Below, piece by piece: positions 27,450 through 36,197 of a DNA stretch of 55,579 nt. The translations under genes were made by a program, and so were the position numbers. This stretch comes from a virus (lineage: Duplodnaviria > Caudoviricetes). The stretch's first letter is position 1. Every line of letters begins with the position of its first letter. A model generated the notes under the pieces. It was given only the letters and a program-made list of their open reading frames with translations. It made no database searches and had not been told where the DNA came from. The DNA lies in IMG/VR virus record IMGVR_UViG_3300035523_000006, positions 1 through 55,579 of that record. One strand, 5' to 3'.

Positions 27450-28613
27450 TCATTTTACCATCGACATATCAAAACGCGACCGCTGAATCTCACCAAATTC
27501 ACGGTGGTAAACGATGGCGTTCATGTCTGATTGCGCGCGGTAGCCTTTGCCCGCAGCCCACGCATCCTGCGGCGCAAGTGTCCGGTGAGTTTCGACCACG
27601 CAGCCAGGAAACTCTTTTGCCGTCTTGTGGTGGATGTGCCCGCAATGCCATACGCGGTGCCTCGTCTGGCCCCAATCCTCGGCCCGATCTGTCGCCATGA
27701 TTAGCGGGAGGTCCGAGCCCTTCGCGCCGTTACCGTGGTGGGAGCCGATCAGGTTCTGTCCGAAGCGCAGGTATTTGTAAAGCGACGTTCCGAGGTCAAC
27801 GACGACGCGCGGCTCATTGTGGAAATAGAAGCTCACGGCGAGCGCCAGAGCCTGCGCCGAGTCCGGGTCGTGGTTCCCGCGCATACACCAGAAGATCACG
27901 CGCTTGTGCTTCGTCAGAAGCCGTTGAATAGCTCGGACTAGCGACAGCCCGGCCGAGTGCATGACTTGCCCGTAGCGGGTGTCTACGTCGAGCCGATTAC
28001 CATGTCCCGGCGTTTCGTTGGTGCTGTCATTTCCATGAAGGTAGTCACCGACGTTAATCAGCAGCGCATCCTCTGACGGAGGCGTGATTGATGCTAGGTA
28101 GTCAACCGCCCGTTCGAGCGCGTTGGACGCGATCTTGCAGTCATAGTCCGCGTCGCCCGTTTCCGTAGCGTCCGCATACATGCCGTGGTGCATGTCGCCT
28201 ATGGGATACACGGCGAGCATGTCGGCGTTCGTGAACGTCGGAGGCTCAATCTTCGGCGACTTTCCTTTGACTTCGGCGCAGAGGTCTTCCACGAACTGGC
28301 GAATGAACCGCTCGCGGGCTTCTTGGTCAAGGGAACTTTTGACCCACTGTCCGCGAGGCTTGCCCTCTTCGTCGTAATAGGTGCTGACGCCCTTGACCTT
28401 GAACCCATCTGGCACGGTGTGGGTCATGTCGTGCTCGGGCGAATGCCCTTGCAGCGCAGCCCGCAGTTTCAGCGCCTGCAGCGACCGCTCGATGGTGCGC
28501 GGGTTGACGTTCAGCGCCTTCGCGGCCTTGCGGGTCGAGCCGTGCTTTTCGATGGCCTCGATAAACTCAAGCTGCCGAACCGTCCCCCATGAGCGCAACT
28601 CGGCGTCCATCAT
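27450..28613 (-). CDS. HTH plus calcineurin-like metallophosphoesterase
   Basis: GDMHHG, GDYLH, GNHD, HHG, GHIHH motifs. Confidence 0.88.
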   Translation of the reverse strand: MMDAELRSWGTVRQLEFIEAIEKHGSTRKAAKALNVNPRTIERSLQALKLRAALQGHSPEHDMTHTVPDGFKVKGVSTYYDEEGKPRGQWVKSSLDQEARERFIRQFVEDLCAEVKGKSPKIEPPTFTNADMLAVYPIGDMHHGMYADATETGDADYDCKIASNALERAVDYLASITPPSEDALLINVGDYLHGNDSTNETPGHGNRLDVDTRYGQVMHSAGLSLVRAIQRLLTKHKRVIFWCMRGNHDPDSAQALALAVSFYFHNEPRVVVDLGTSLYKYLRFGQNLIGSHHGNGAKGSDLPLIMATDRAEDWGQTRHRVWHCGHIHHKTAKEFPGCVVETHRTLAPQDAWAAGKGYRAQSDMNAIVYHREFGEIQRSRFDMSMVK

Positions 28614-28885
28614 TTTCGTCCGCGCTTGGCGGGAAGGGCGTGCAGAAACTTCACCTCTCGCACCATCCCGCGCGGGATCTGATCTCGTGGACCGGTGCGG
28701 TCAGGTGACCAGGCACCTGTGATGATCAGCCCCTCGTCGCTCTGGTGCAGCAAGAAGCCCACCGTCGTGACCAGGACCGGGGAATACTTCGGCGGCTCGT
28801 CGGTGGTGTGCACCCACGGCTCCGAATCGAGGCAGGCCGCGTCTTCCCACGTAACCATCACCAGACTAGGTTGTTCTTGATGCAT
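28610..28885 (-). CDS. conserved phage hypothetical protein
   Basis: V.VTWEDA...TVGFL....IPRGMV pattern; coupled to the phosphoesterase. Confidence 0.65.
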   Translation of the reverse strand: MHQEQPSLVMVTWEDAACLDSEPWVHTTDEPPKYSPVLVTTVGFLLHQSDEGLIITGAWSPDRTGPRDQIPRGMVREVKFLHALPAKRGRK

Positions 28886-28905
28886 ATAGTGCGACGCCTT
28901 AAAAT

Positions 28906-28978
28906 AGCGAAGCCCGCGCAGTGCTGCTAACACTGGCGGGCTTCTAACCAATCAGACTATCTAGGAGTCATCATGGCT
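28906..28978 (-). ncRNA. candidate SymR-like cis-antisense RNA to the second HNH gene leader
   Basis: Minus-strand TAAGAT at 28986-28991; TGGTTAG and a hairpin with GTGTTAGCAGCAC. Confidence 0.5.
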
Positions 28979-29473
28979 GGTGCCGATCTTACCGCGCAGA
29001 GATTGCGCGATCTTCTTGATTACGAACCCAACACCGGGATATTCACGCGCCGCGTTTGGCGTGGTGGAACATCAAGAGCCGGGAGCGTAGCTGGTGCCAG
29101 TCACGGTAAGACCGGCTATCTCCAAATATCAGTGGACGGACGCCTGTACTTTGCCCACCGATTAGCTTGGCTGCACTATTACGGCGAGCACCCGAAGAAA
29201 CACATCGACCATATCAACGGCGACAAGTCGGACAATCGCATTTCAAACTTGCGTGACGTGTCGCGGTCTGTCAACTTGCAGAACGTGCGCCGCGCTAGAG
29301 TTGATAACTTAGCGACTGGGCTTCTTGGCGTAATCCGCAGTAGAGACAAGTTCTCGGCGCACATTTTCGTCGATGGAAAATCTAAGCACCTCGGCGTCTA
29401 TTCAACGGCACCAGAAGCTCACGCGGCTTACCTCATTGCCAAGCGCGCGATGCACGAAGGGTGCACCATATAG
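28973..29473 (+). CDS. HNH homing endonuclease with AP2-like C-terminus (paralog of 26852-27379)
   Basis: AHRLAWL, DHING.KSDNRISNLRDVSRS, TGLLGV, HEGCT. Confidence 0.88.
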   Translation: MAGADLTAQRLRDLLDYEPNTGIFTRRVWRGGTSRAGSVAGASHGKTGYLQISVDGRLYFAHRLAWLHYYGEHPKKHIDHINGDKSDNRISNLRDVSRSVNLQNVRRARVDNLATGLLGVIRSRDKFSAHIFVDGKSKHLGVYSTAPEAHAAYLIAKRAMHEGCTI

Positions 29474-29501
29474 ACGCTGACCAGCGGTGGTTGCACGGCA
29501 G

Positions 29502-29726
29502 TCATGCACCAGGCTCGTCGTGAACTTCGCGCTCCGGCCCGCCGATGTGTGCGTGAGCCTTGCGAAGCCGCTCCCGGAGCTCCAGCGGCGCCAGTGCGGC
29601 AATCTCGGCGGGGCACTCGGCTTGCGTGAAGCGCACCGAATCGCCGTTGGCAGCGCGTGCGATTGGGTCGGCAATGGCTGCGCCTGCCGCGAGCGTGAAA
29701 GCTGCGGCGAGAATTACTCGCTTCAT
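29502..29726 (-). CDS. small secreted protein
   Basis: Sec signal MKRVILAAAFTLAAGAAIA. Confidence 0.5.
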   Translation of the reverse strand: MKRVILAAAFTLAAGAAIADPIARAANGDSVRFTQAECPAEIAALAPLELRERLRKAHAHIGGPEREVHDEPGA

Positions 29727-30250
29727 GGGAAGGCTCCTAGTTGGGGGGCTGTTAGGGCTTCGTAGGCGCGGACGCACTGCTGGCCGGCAATGCGGGCTGC
29801 GTCGGCGTATTCCGCCAAGACTCCCGCGCGCTCGTCAGATTTGCGGAGCACGTCGGCAAGCACTCTGGCGGAATCGGCGGCTGCTTCGCGGTTGTCGCTA
29901 GTGGCGGGATTGCTGGCGGCTCGACGTGCAGCGGCGGCGATTCCTTCGGCCCACTGGCGCAGGCTGTCAGCAGACACGCGAGCAGTAGCGGCATCATTGC
30001 GAGCAGCGAAAATCTCTTGATCGTGGACACGTTGCGCCTCCTGTTGCCGCTCCAAGCGGCGTAGTGTTTCTCTGGCGTTGGACTGGCTCTCAGCGAGTGC
30101 TTGCGCGGTCTGCCTCTGGCGCTCGGCGTCCCAGCGTTGCTGCACTTCGGCGCGTCCAGCCACCACGCCCATGTGATGCGCCTTCCAGCCGATGCCGAGA
30201 ATCAGCAGCACGGCCACGGCAAGCGCGGCGAGTCGGGCGTAGAGGCTCAT
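29723..30250 (-). CDS. i-spanin (Rz-like)
   Basis: N-terminal TM helix, Ala-rich coiled coil, AG..C.RAY end; follows the endolysin. Confidence 0.8.
   Translation of the reverse strand: MSLYARLAALAVAVLLILGIGWKAHHMGVVAGRAEVQQRWDAERQRQTAQALAESQSNARETLRRLERQQEAQRVHDQEIFAARNDAATARVSADSLRQWAEGIAAAARRAASNPATSDNREAAADSARVLADVLRKSDERAGVLAEYADAARIAGQQCVRAYEALTAPQLGAFP
29752..30030 (-). CDS. o-spanin lipoprotein (Rz1-like), nested in Rz
   Basis: Lipobox LTAC and Pro-rich mature part in an alternate frame. Confidence 0.7.
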   Translation of the reverse strand: MSTIKRFSLLAMMPLLLACLLTACASGPKESPPLHVEPPAIPPLATTAKQPPIPPECLPTCSANLTSARESWRNTPTQPALPASSASAPTKP

Positions 30251-30425
30251 CGCGTCACCCACCCGCCGGCCAGGGTGTTGCCGCCCCAGACAAACAGGCG
30301 GTAGATGCCGTAGCCGTACAGTGCGAAAAGAAGAGCGATGGTCATGCGGGTCTCCCGTTCACGGGCAGGTGTGCGCCAGCGCGGGCACTGGCTCAACTCG
30401 TGCGGCTCTCCACAGAGCGGGCACG

Positions 30426-31004
30426 TCAGGACTTCGGGGCAAGGCATAGCTCGTCCTCCTGCATGCGGCGGATCGGCTGGCCCTGGCAGTTGGAGCCCGA
30501 CTTGCGGCAGTCCTTGCCCTGGTCGCGGATCCACAAGGTCAGCGCCGCGCACCCTTCGTTGCGCTTGCCCTCGTTGAGCAGGCGCACGGCCGACGAATCG
30601 CGGGCCTTGGCCTTGCCGACGTTGTGCACGAAGTCGCCCAGCGCAGCCTTCGCAGCCTCGGACAGACCGGCCCACACGTCGGGGCGAATGATCGACTGCG
30701 CTTCGGCGAGGTCACGCGCGAAGAACGCTGCATCTGCTTCCTTGCACTCCTGCGCCGTGAGCGTCATGTCGATGGTCACGGGCTTGCCCTGGTACTTCGT
30801 CAGGCCGGTGCAAATCGTTGCGATGTGCGCGCCGTCGTAGTAGGCGTGCAGGCGGGTGGCCTCCTTCTCGCCCGCGAACTGCTCCAGAAGCTGCGGCGCC
30901 GAGGCGCCGGCCGAGATCAGCGCCACCATGGCGAGCGACAGCGTCGTCTTGCGGTAGCGGCCCGGGTCGCGGTTGCCTGGCGTCATCTTGACGTCAGTTG
31001 CCAT
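30426..31004 (-). CDS. SAR endolysin (GH24 lysozyme)
   Basis: Ala/Gly-rich N-terminal anchor; E-8x-D-5x-T catalytic triad (EATRLHAYYDGAHIAT); RR..E..LC. Confidence 0.88.
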   Translation of the reverse strand: MATDVKMTPGNRDPGRYRKTTLSLAMVALISAGASAPQLLEQFAGEKEATRLHAYYDGAHIATICTGLTKYQGKPVTIDMTLTAQECKEADAAFFARDLAEAQSIIRPDVWAGLSEAAKAALGDFVHNVGKAKARDSSAVRLLNEGKRNEGCAALTLWIRDQGKDCRKSGSNCQGQPIRRMQEDELCLAPKS

Positions 31005-31209
31005 CGTGCAGCTCCGGCTGCGCCTTCACGCGCATGACCATCGAGCCCACCGCAGCGAACATCGAAGCAGCAGCGAACCAGCCACGCGGAATCGCGTCGG
31101 CGAACAGCGGCAGGATCACCTCGAGTCCGCCGAAGATGCCGGCACAAGCCGCCCACCGGACGCTGTACGCGCCCTTCAGGATGCGTTTCCAGTCGTCGAT
31201 CAGTTTCAT
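30994..31209 (-). CDS. holin
   Basis: MKLIDDWK....YSVRW, two TM helices, directly upstream of the endolysin. Confidence 0.7.
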   Translation of the reverse strand: MKLIDDWKRILKGAYSVRWAACAGIFGGLEVILPLFADAIPRGWFAAASMFAAVGSMVMRVKAQPELHDGN

Positions 31210-31445
31210 GGCAGCAGCCTCATGTGGCTCGCGGCCCACGCAATCGCGGCCCCGACAGCCCCCGACGCGCCCCCGAGTGCCACCAGCAATCTCCAGCCGC
31301 CTCGAGCCTCTGCCAGTTGCAGGCGCACGGCTTGCATGTCGTCGGCCAGCTTGGTCAGCAGGTCCGTCTTGGCCGCGTCGGATGCGATGAGAGTTTCGAC
31401 CTGCGCCTGAAGGCGGCCGAACTCTTGCGGGTCGATGTCACTCAT
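31206..31445 (-). CDS. lysis-region coiled-coil plus TM protein
   Basis: DPQEFGRL.AQV...RGGWR followed by a TM helix. Confidence 0.65.
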   Translation of the reverse strand: MSDIDPQEFGRLQAQVETLIASDAAKTDLLTKLADDMQAVRLQLAEARGGWRLLVALGGASGAVGAAIAWAASHMRLLP

Positions 31446-31551
31446 TACCGCGGCTCCTTCTTCGCGTCGGGTTGAACCGGCGGCGCCGGCCGGGGTGGCG
31501 GGTCCAGGCGCATCGACTCGCGCAGCGCCCACTTCAGTTGTTCGGCGGCGG

Positions 31552-31839
31552 TCACGGCCAGATACCCCGGGAGAAGTTGTTGGCGACGCACACAGCTTCA
31601 GCCGTGCATGCGGAAATGGCGATGGCGAGCCGCCAGTCCGGTAGCAGGTACAGCGCCGCTGCAAGCAGCACGCAGGCCAGCGTGAACCAGAGGTGCACGC
31701 CGTTCGCTCCGTACCGCTCGATCAGCCACGCGATGGCGGGATTGCGCTCCCACCACCCTCCCGGCAGCGCGATCACCAGCGTCTGGCGCCAGTCGATCAG
31801 CAGCAGGACGGCCAGGGCGATGTAGAGGATGGTCAGCAT
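31552..31839 (-). CDS. small membrane protein
   Basis: D..QT......ERNP motif and hydrophobic helices. Confidence 0.6.
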   Translation of the reverse strand: MLTILYIALAVLLLIDWRQTLVIALPGGWWERNPAIAWLIERYGANGVHLWFTLACVLLAAALYLLPDWRLAIAISACTAEAVCVANNFSRGIWP

Positions 31840-31883
31840 GATTGCGAGGGCGTAAAATCGCCCATCCCAATAGGAGCTAGACC

Positions 31884-32357
31884 ATGGCGAGTCGGCGAGC
31901 GTTTCTCAGCGGAATGGCGGGCATACTGGCGAGCGCAGCCGCGCCAGCGGTGATTGCCTCGGGTGTGCTGATGCCAGTTCGCCGCGTCTGGCGCCCCGCG
32001 CCCAACTTCCTCGCGTCCGACATTCTCGATGCGCTGCACAGGGCGTCTCGCGGCCTTTACGACGGCGTCGACGATGTCATATACCTGGAGCCGGTTGGCA
32101 TGAGAATGAACGGCGGCCGAGTGTGGCAAGACGCCGCCGGAACCATTCCCGTGACCGCGCCCGGACAGCCTGTTGGTCGCGTAGACCATCACATGCTGAC
32201 GCCGCGCGGCTGGGTTGCGTCTACTGCCACAAGTGCGGCGAATCGCCCTTCCTTCGGGATTGATCCGGTTCATGGTGGGTACATCGAGTTTCATGGTTCC
32301 AGCGATCCTCGTGGTCCATCCGAACTCGTCATGAATTCGGGGTTGTGGCGGGCCTGA
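31884..32357 (+). CDS. Tat-signal protein with a tail-fibre-like domain (moron)
   Basis: SRRAFL twin-arginine signal, AGGAG RBS, TGGTCA-17-TAAAAT upstream; QDAAGTIPVTAPGQPVG segment. Confidence 0.7.
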   Translation: MASRRAFLSGMAGILASAAAPAVIASGVLMPVRRVWRPAPNFLASDILDALHRASRGLYDGVDDVIYLEPVGMRMNGGRVWQDAAGTIPVTAPGQPVGRVDHHMLTPRGWVASTATSAANRPSFGIDPVHGGYIEFHGSSDPRGPSELVMNSGLWRA

Positions 32358-32382
32358 GAGGATGTAGAGCGCGGTCATGGCG

Positions 32383-32667
32383 TCAGGGGTTCGGGTCCGA
32401 CCACATCACGAGGCTGAGCCGATCCAGCGTGGCGAACACGCCTTCGGCATCCGCGTCCTGCACGACAGCGACGCTGGGCCACATCACGTCGATGACCGAC
32501 TGCGGCCAGTAGCCGCTGCACGCCCAGTACGTGATGACCGTGGGGTTCGCCGCGTCCGCGAGGGGCACAGAGAACATGCCTTCGCCGCCGCCAGCAGCAG
32601 CGCCAGCAGCCACTGCGGCGGCCTTGTCGATCGCCTTGACGATGAGGGTTCTGTTCAGGTCGGTCAT
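32383..32667 (-). CDS. tail-fibre-associated small protein
   Basis: AGGAG RBS; directly downstream of the fibre gene. Confidence 0.55.
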   Translation of the reverse strand: MTDLNRTLIVKAIDKAAAVAAGAAAGGGEGMFSVPLADAANPTVITYWACSGYWPQSVIDVMWPSVAVVQDADAEGVFATLDRLSLVMWSDPNP

Positions 32668-32676
32668 GGTTTGCTC

Positions 32677-34161
32677 CTAGAAAGACAGGCCCATTGCGCG
32701 AGCGATGTAGCGCTCCGCGTTGGCGATCTGAGATGCAGTGCTTGCAGCACCGCGAACGATCTGGCCGTAGTCGCGGCCATTGAAGGGGAGCGACGTTCCG
32801 GCGCGGCGGAACAGGTAGATCGGGGCATTCACAAATGCTCCACCGCCAGGGTTTGCTCCGACACCTTGACCTGAGATATCTTTGGCCGCACCGTTTGAAC
32901 GCATCTGAATCGTGGTCGTTTGATCGGTGCCTGCCAGATTCATCTGCTGCGTGATGACATTGGATGTCGGAGCCAAGGCAGTAAACCCGCCAGACGTTGC
33001 GTTCACCGCGCCCTTAACAAGGGCGTAGTAGTTGTTGGCAGCGGCCCCGTTCGGAGCCTGCAAAGAGAACGAACCAGCAACAGAACCGGAATTGGTGCCA
33101 AGTTCAATCGGTGAACCACCAGCCGCATCACTGAGCTTCGTCACTCCCGCCCACACCGTCATCTTGTCCGTGCCGGTGAAGTCGATGGTGTTCGTCACCA
33201 TGCCGTCATCGAAGCCATCGGGCTTCAGGTACCAGGGGAAGCCAGCGGTGTCGTAGGTGTTCGCGTTGGTGACGCTCTGGTACGCGGGAATCGCCAGTGC
33301 AGCATCGGCACTGAGTCGCAGATCGGCCAGCGTGACGGAGCCAGTCACCGTGAGCGTCAGCGTGCCTGCCGTGGGCGTGAACGTCAGCGAAACCCGGTCG
33401 CTCGCGCCAGTGCCGACCAGGGGTCCAGCGGTGGACGTACCCGAGAGCGTGACGGTCCCGGTTCCGGTGAAGGACAGCTTGTACGAAGCCACGACGGTAG
33501 TGACGGATTGCGTAGAGAGCGTCGCCGTCGCCAGCAGCAGGTTGTACCTTGCGCTCAGCGTCGGGCGGCTTCCCGCAACGGACTGAGAGGCGTGGTTGCC
33601 GTCCAGCAGCTTGAAACTGACTCCGCTAATCTGGTAGTCCGTGGCGACCCCAGAGTTGATCGTGATGCTGGCCGACGTCGCGTTCGCCAGAATGATCGCG
33701 CGCTTGGCTCCGGTGGTTGTCCACGTCGGAGTGGCGGCCGTGCTGGCGAGCTTGATCCCGGTCCCGGCCGTAGCAATCGAGTCGATGGTCAGCGTGACCT
33801 CGTACCACTTGCCGGAGACCAGCACGGAAGGCACGTTGACGGCCGAAGCAGCGCCAGCAGCGGAGTAGACGCGGTAAACGCCGGCAGATGCCTTCGTGGA
33901 CTCGCCCGTCAGCGTGACGGAGCCATCGGCCCACAGTTCCGCTCCGCGTGCGAGGCTGAACCGCTTATCCAGTCGCAGCCCGACCGGGCAATCCGCAGAG
34001 CCCTGCCCCGGAGCGTAGGCAGGGGTGACTCCGGTGGACTCCTGGTACATCGAGGACAGGTCGCTGCTGTCGTACCAGTAGCCCTGCTCGCCGGCCTTGA
34101 ACAGGTCCAGAACGTTGAACCGACGCGCCCCCAGCAAAATCGCCCGTACTCCCGGCGTCAT
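32677..34161 (-). CDS. tail fibre/receptor-binding protein with lectin-like beta domains
   Basis: Thr/Ser/Gly-rich beta protein at the tailspike position; WYD.SDLS.MYQ...PVG and L..DG.DD motifs. Confidence 0.7.
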   Translation of the reverse strand: MTPGVRAILLGARRFNVLDLFKAGEQGYWYDSSDLSSMYQESTGVTPAYAPGQGSADCPVGLRLDKRFSLARGAELWADGSVTLTGESTKASAGVYRVYSAAGAASAVNVPSVLVSGKWYEVTLTIDSIATAGTGIKLASTAATPTWTTTGAKRAIILANATSASITINSGVATDYQISGVSFKLLDGNHASQSVAGSRPTLSARYNLLLATATLSTQSVTTVVASYKLSFTGTGTVTLSGTSTAGPLVGTGASDRVSLTFTPTAGTLTLTVTGSVTLADLRLSADAALAIPAYQSVTNANTYDTAGFPWYLKPDGFDDGMVTNTIDFTGTDKMTVWAGVTKLSDAAGGSPIELGTNSGSVAGSFSLQAPNGAAANNYYALVKGAVNATSGGFTALAPTSNVITQQMNLAGTDQTTTIQMRSNGAAKDISGQGVGANPGGGAFVNAPIYLFRRAGTSLPFNGRDYGQIVRGAASTASQIANAERYIARAMGLSF

Positions 34162-34193
34162 AGCGAACCTCTTGTAGACATGCGGTGTCCTTC

Positions 34194-34221
34194 AAAGAAA
34201 ATGCCGCCTCAGGGGCGGCTT
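34194..34221 (-). terminator. intrinsic terminator
   Basis: GCCGCC-CCTGA-GGCGGC followed by ATTTTCTTT. Confidence 0.7.
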
Positions 34222-34268
34222 GGGATGGGGATGACCGCTCGGGGCGGTGCAAGTGCTATGCTTGGCGA

Positions 34269-34391
34269 GTGGAACGATTCTTAGCAATCGCCCTGGTCGT
34301 CGGGGTTATCGGCCCGTTGTTCTGGCTAGGAGTAAACCTGCTGGAAAACGGCCTGCAGCGCTTATTGAGCCGTCGCCGAAAGGCCAAGTAG
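34269..34391 (+). CDS. 40-aa antisense-strand membrane protein (sieA-like position)
   Basis: TGcTATGCT extended -10 just before GTG; one TM helix plus basic tail. Confidence 0.55.
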   Translation: MERFLAIALVVGVIGPLFWLGVNLLENGLQRLLSRRRKAK

Positions 34392-36197
34392 CCCGGCGCT
34401 TCTCATCGCCGCTTGCTCAAGCGCTTGTCTTGCCTTAGGGTTGTCGGCGAGCATTTTTTGTTGCGCTTTGGTCATCAGCAGCCCGGCGGATGCCGGATCA
34501 AGCATTGTGCTTGCGAGCAAGTTCTGCACTTGCGCATCCGAGTCGCGGTAGACCCAATTCGTCGCTCGATTGATGCCGGGCAGGCTCAGAAGCCCGCGCG
34601 TCAAGCGCGGCATTCCAGACTGCTCTGCGATGTTCTGCATCGCAAGGTTTTGGAAGGTGTTCGAGCCGATGCCGCGCCCAAGGTCTTGCGAGTTCGCCTT
34701 GCGCGCCAAGTCCTGAGCGACAGCGTTTAGGGTCGCCATCTGGTCAGGCGTCATGATGTCTTTCATCTTGGCGCCCTGGAACCCGGTTACTCTTGCGGCA
34801 GTTGCGTCGGCATTGCGCAAGGCGGTGCCATACGTAGCCCCCGTTTCCCTTCCAAGGGCGCCATAGTCGGCCAGCGCTGGCTGCACCTTCTTAAGCAGGT
34901 CCTGCCCGATTTCCATTTGGTTGACAGGCTTAGACAGCGCTGCGAATTGAGTGCGCGCCTGCCCGTAGGCGGGAATGGCGTTGTCAAGGTAGCCAAGGTA
35001 ATCTTGTTTGAGCCCCTGTACGGCGCTCTTCATCGTGTTGCCCATGGACGAATCGCCGGTCTTGCTCATGGCGTCGTCCAAGGCCAATTTGATGTAGTGC
35101 AGCGCCTTGCCGCTGTACTCTGCGGGCTGCGCGGCAACATCTTGCAGGATCGGAGCGCCCGTAGCGTCTGTCGCAGCGGTGAAGCTCGCCGGGATGTCCT
35201 TGCCGATCTTCAGCGGTTCGCCCTTGACCTTTGCAAGCTCCATCGCGGACTGAATCACGCCGTTATGGCCCCCGCCTGGCATTCTGGCGAGCAGCTCCTT
35301 CAGTTGCGCATCCGCCGGAACCACGGCCTGATCCGCCTGCGCGTACAGCCCTTTAGTAGCCGAATCTCTAGCAGCGGTCGCCGCCGCCAGCGCCGCATCG
35401 TCCTGAGCAACGCCACGCAAAGCGCTCAGGCGGGCCGACGCCTGTTCCATTGCCCTCGTCGTAAACGGAGTCGGGTTGGAGCCCATTACAGAGCGCTCTA
35501 GCGCGGCAATCCCGCCGTTTTCGGCCACCTGACCGGCGGTCGGCATGGAATTCGGCACCAGCGGCTGGGCGCTCACCATACGGGCGGCGGCGGCTGCTGC
35601 GTCATCTCCTGCCAAACGGTTAAGGGTGCGGGCCGCGATTGCCTCCCGTCCACCTTGATACAGCGGTTCGGCCAGCGATTTGGCGGTGCGGAACCCAGCG
35701 ATTCCCAACGGAAGCGCCGCCCCTGCCGCCGCTCCGATTCCTGCTCGGCTTGCCCGCTCGCCAAGCGTCCCATATTCGAGCGCACCAGGCAATCCGCTGG
35801 CAAGCGCCATCCGGCCGGCTGTACTGAGCGCAGTGGCTCCCGCTCCAAACGGCACAGCCATGGACGGCAACGCCTCGCCCAACCCGGTGGCGAACGGTCG
35901 CACCTGTTGAAGTGCTTTGTACGGGCCGGCGTTGTTATCGACGTTCTGTTTCAGCCCGCCGAGCGCCGACGTTTCCCCGCGTGCAGCCAAATACGCCTGC
36001 GTCAGCCCGTCAAGAACGCTGTTTGTAGTCTTGCCCGCGCCAATTAGCATGGCGTTCCAAAACCCAGGGTCTTCTGTCGGGGCCTTCGGCGCGGCAGCGG
36101 CCACCCACTGAACTGCCGGAGCGGTGAACACCTGAGGGTCGAACCCCTGCGGCGCGGACGGCGCCGAGAAGACATCAGGATCGAAACCGGCCATCAC
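34362..36197 (-). CDS. DNA ejection protein (P22 gp16-like position)
   Basis: Large Ala-rich helical protein, last of the ejection cluster. Confidence 0.65.
   Translation of the reverse strand: MMAGFDPDVFSAPSAPQGFDPQVFTAPAVQWVAAAAPKAPTEDPGFWNAMLIGAGKTTNSVLDGLTQAYLAARGETSALGGLKQNVDNNAGPYKALQQVRPFATGLGEALPSMAVPFGAGATALSTAGRMALASGLPGALEYGTLGERASRAGIGAAAGAALPLGIAGFRTAKSLAEPLYQGGREAIAARTLNRLAGDDAAAAAARMVSAQPLVPNSMPTAGQVAENGGIAALERSVMGSNPTPFTTRAMEQASARLSALRGVAQDDAALAAATAARDSATKGLYAQADQAVVPADAQLKELLARMPGGGHNGVIQSAMELAKVKGEPLKIGKDIPASFTAATDATGAPILQDVAAQPAEYSGKALHYIKLALDDAMSKTGDSSMGNTMKSAVQGLKQDYLGYLDNAIPAYGQARTQFAALSKPVNQMEIGQDLLKKVQPALADYGALGRETGATYGTALRNADATAARVTGFQGAKMKDIMTPDQMATLNAVAQDLARKANSQDLGRGIGSNTFQNLAMQNIAEQSGMPRLTRGLLSLPGINRATNWVYRDSDAQVQNLLASTMLDPASAGLLMTKAQQKMLADNPKARQALEQAAMRSAGLLGLSATAQ

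Noticed and set aside
26852-29473. Invertible segment bounded by the two inverted HNH paralogs
   Set aside because: DNA similarity looks patchy by eye and no dedicated invertase is present.
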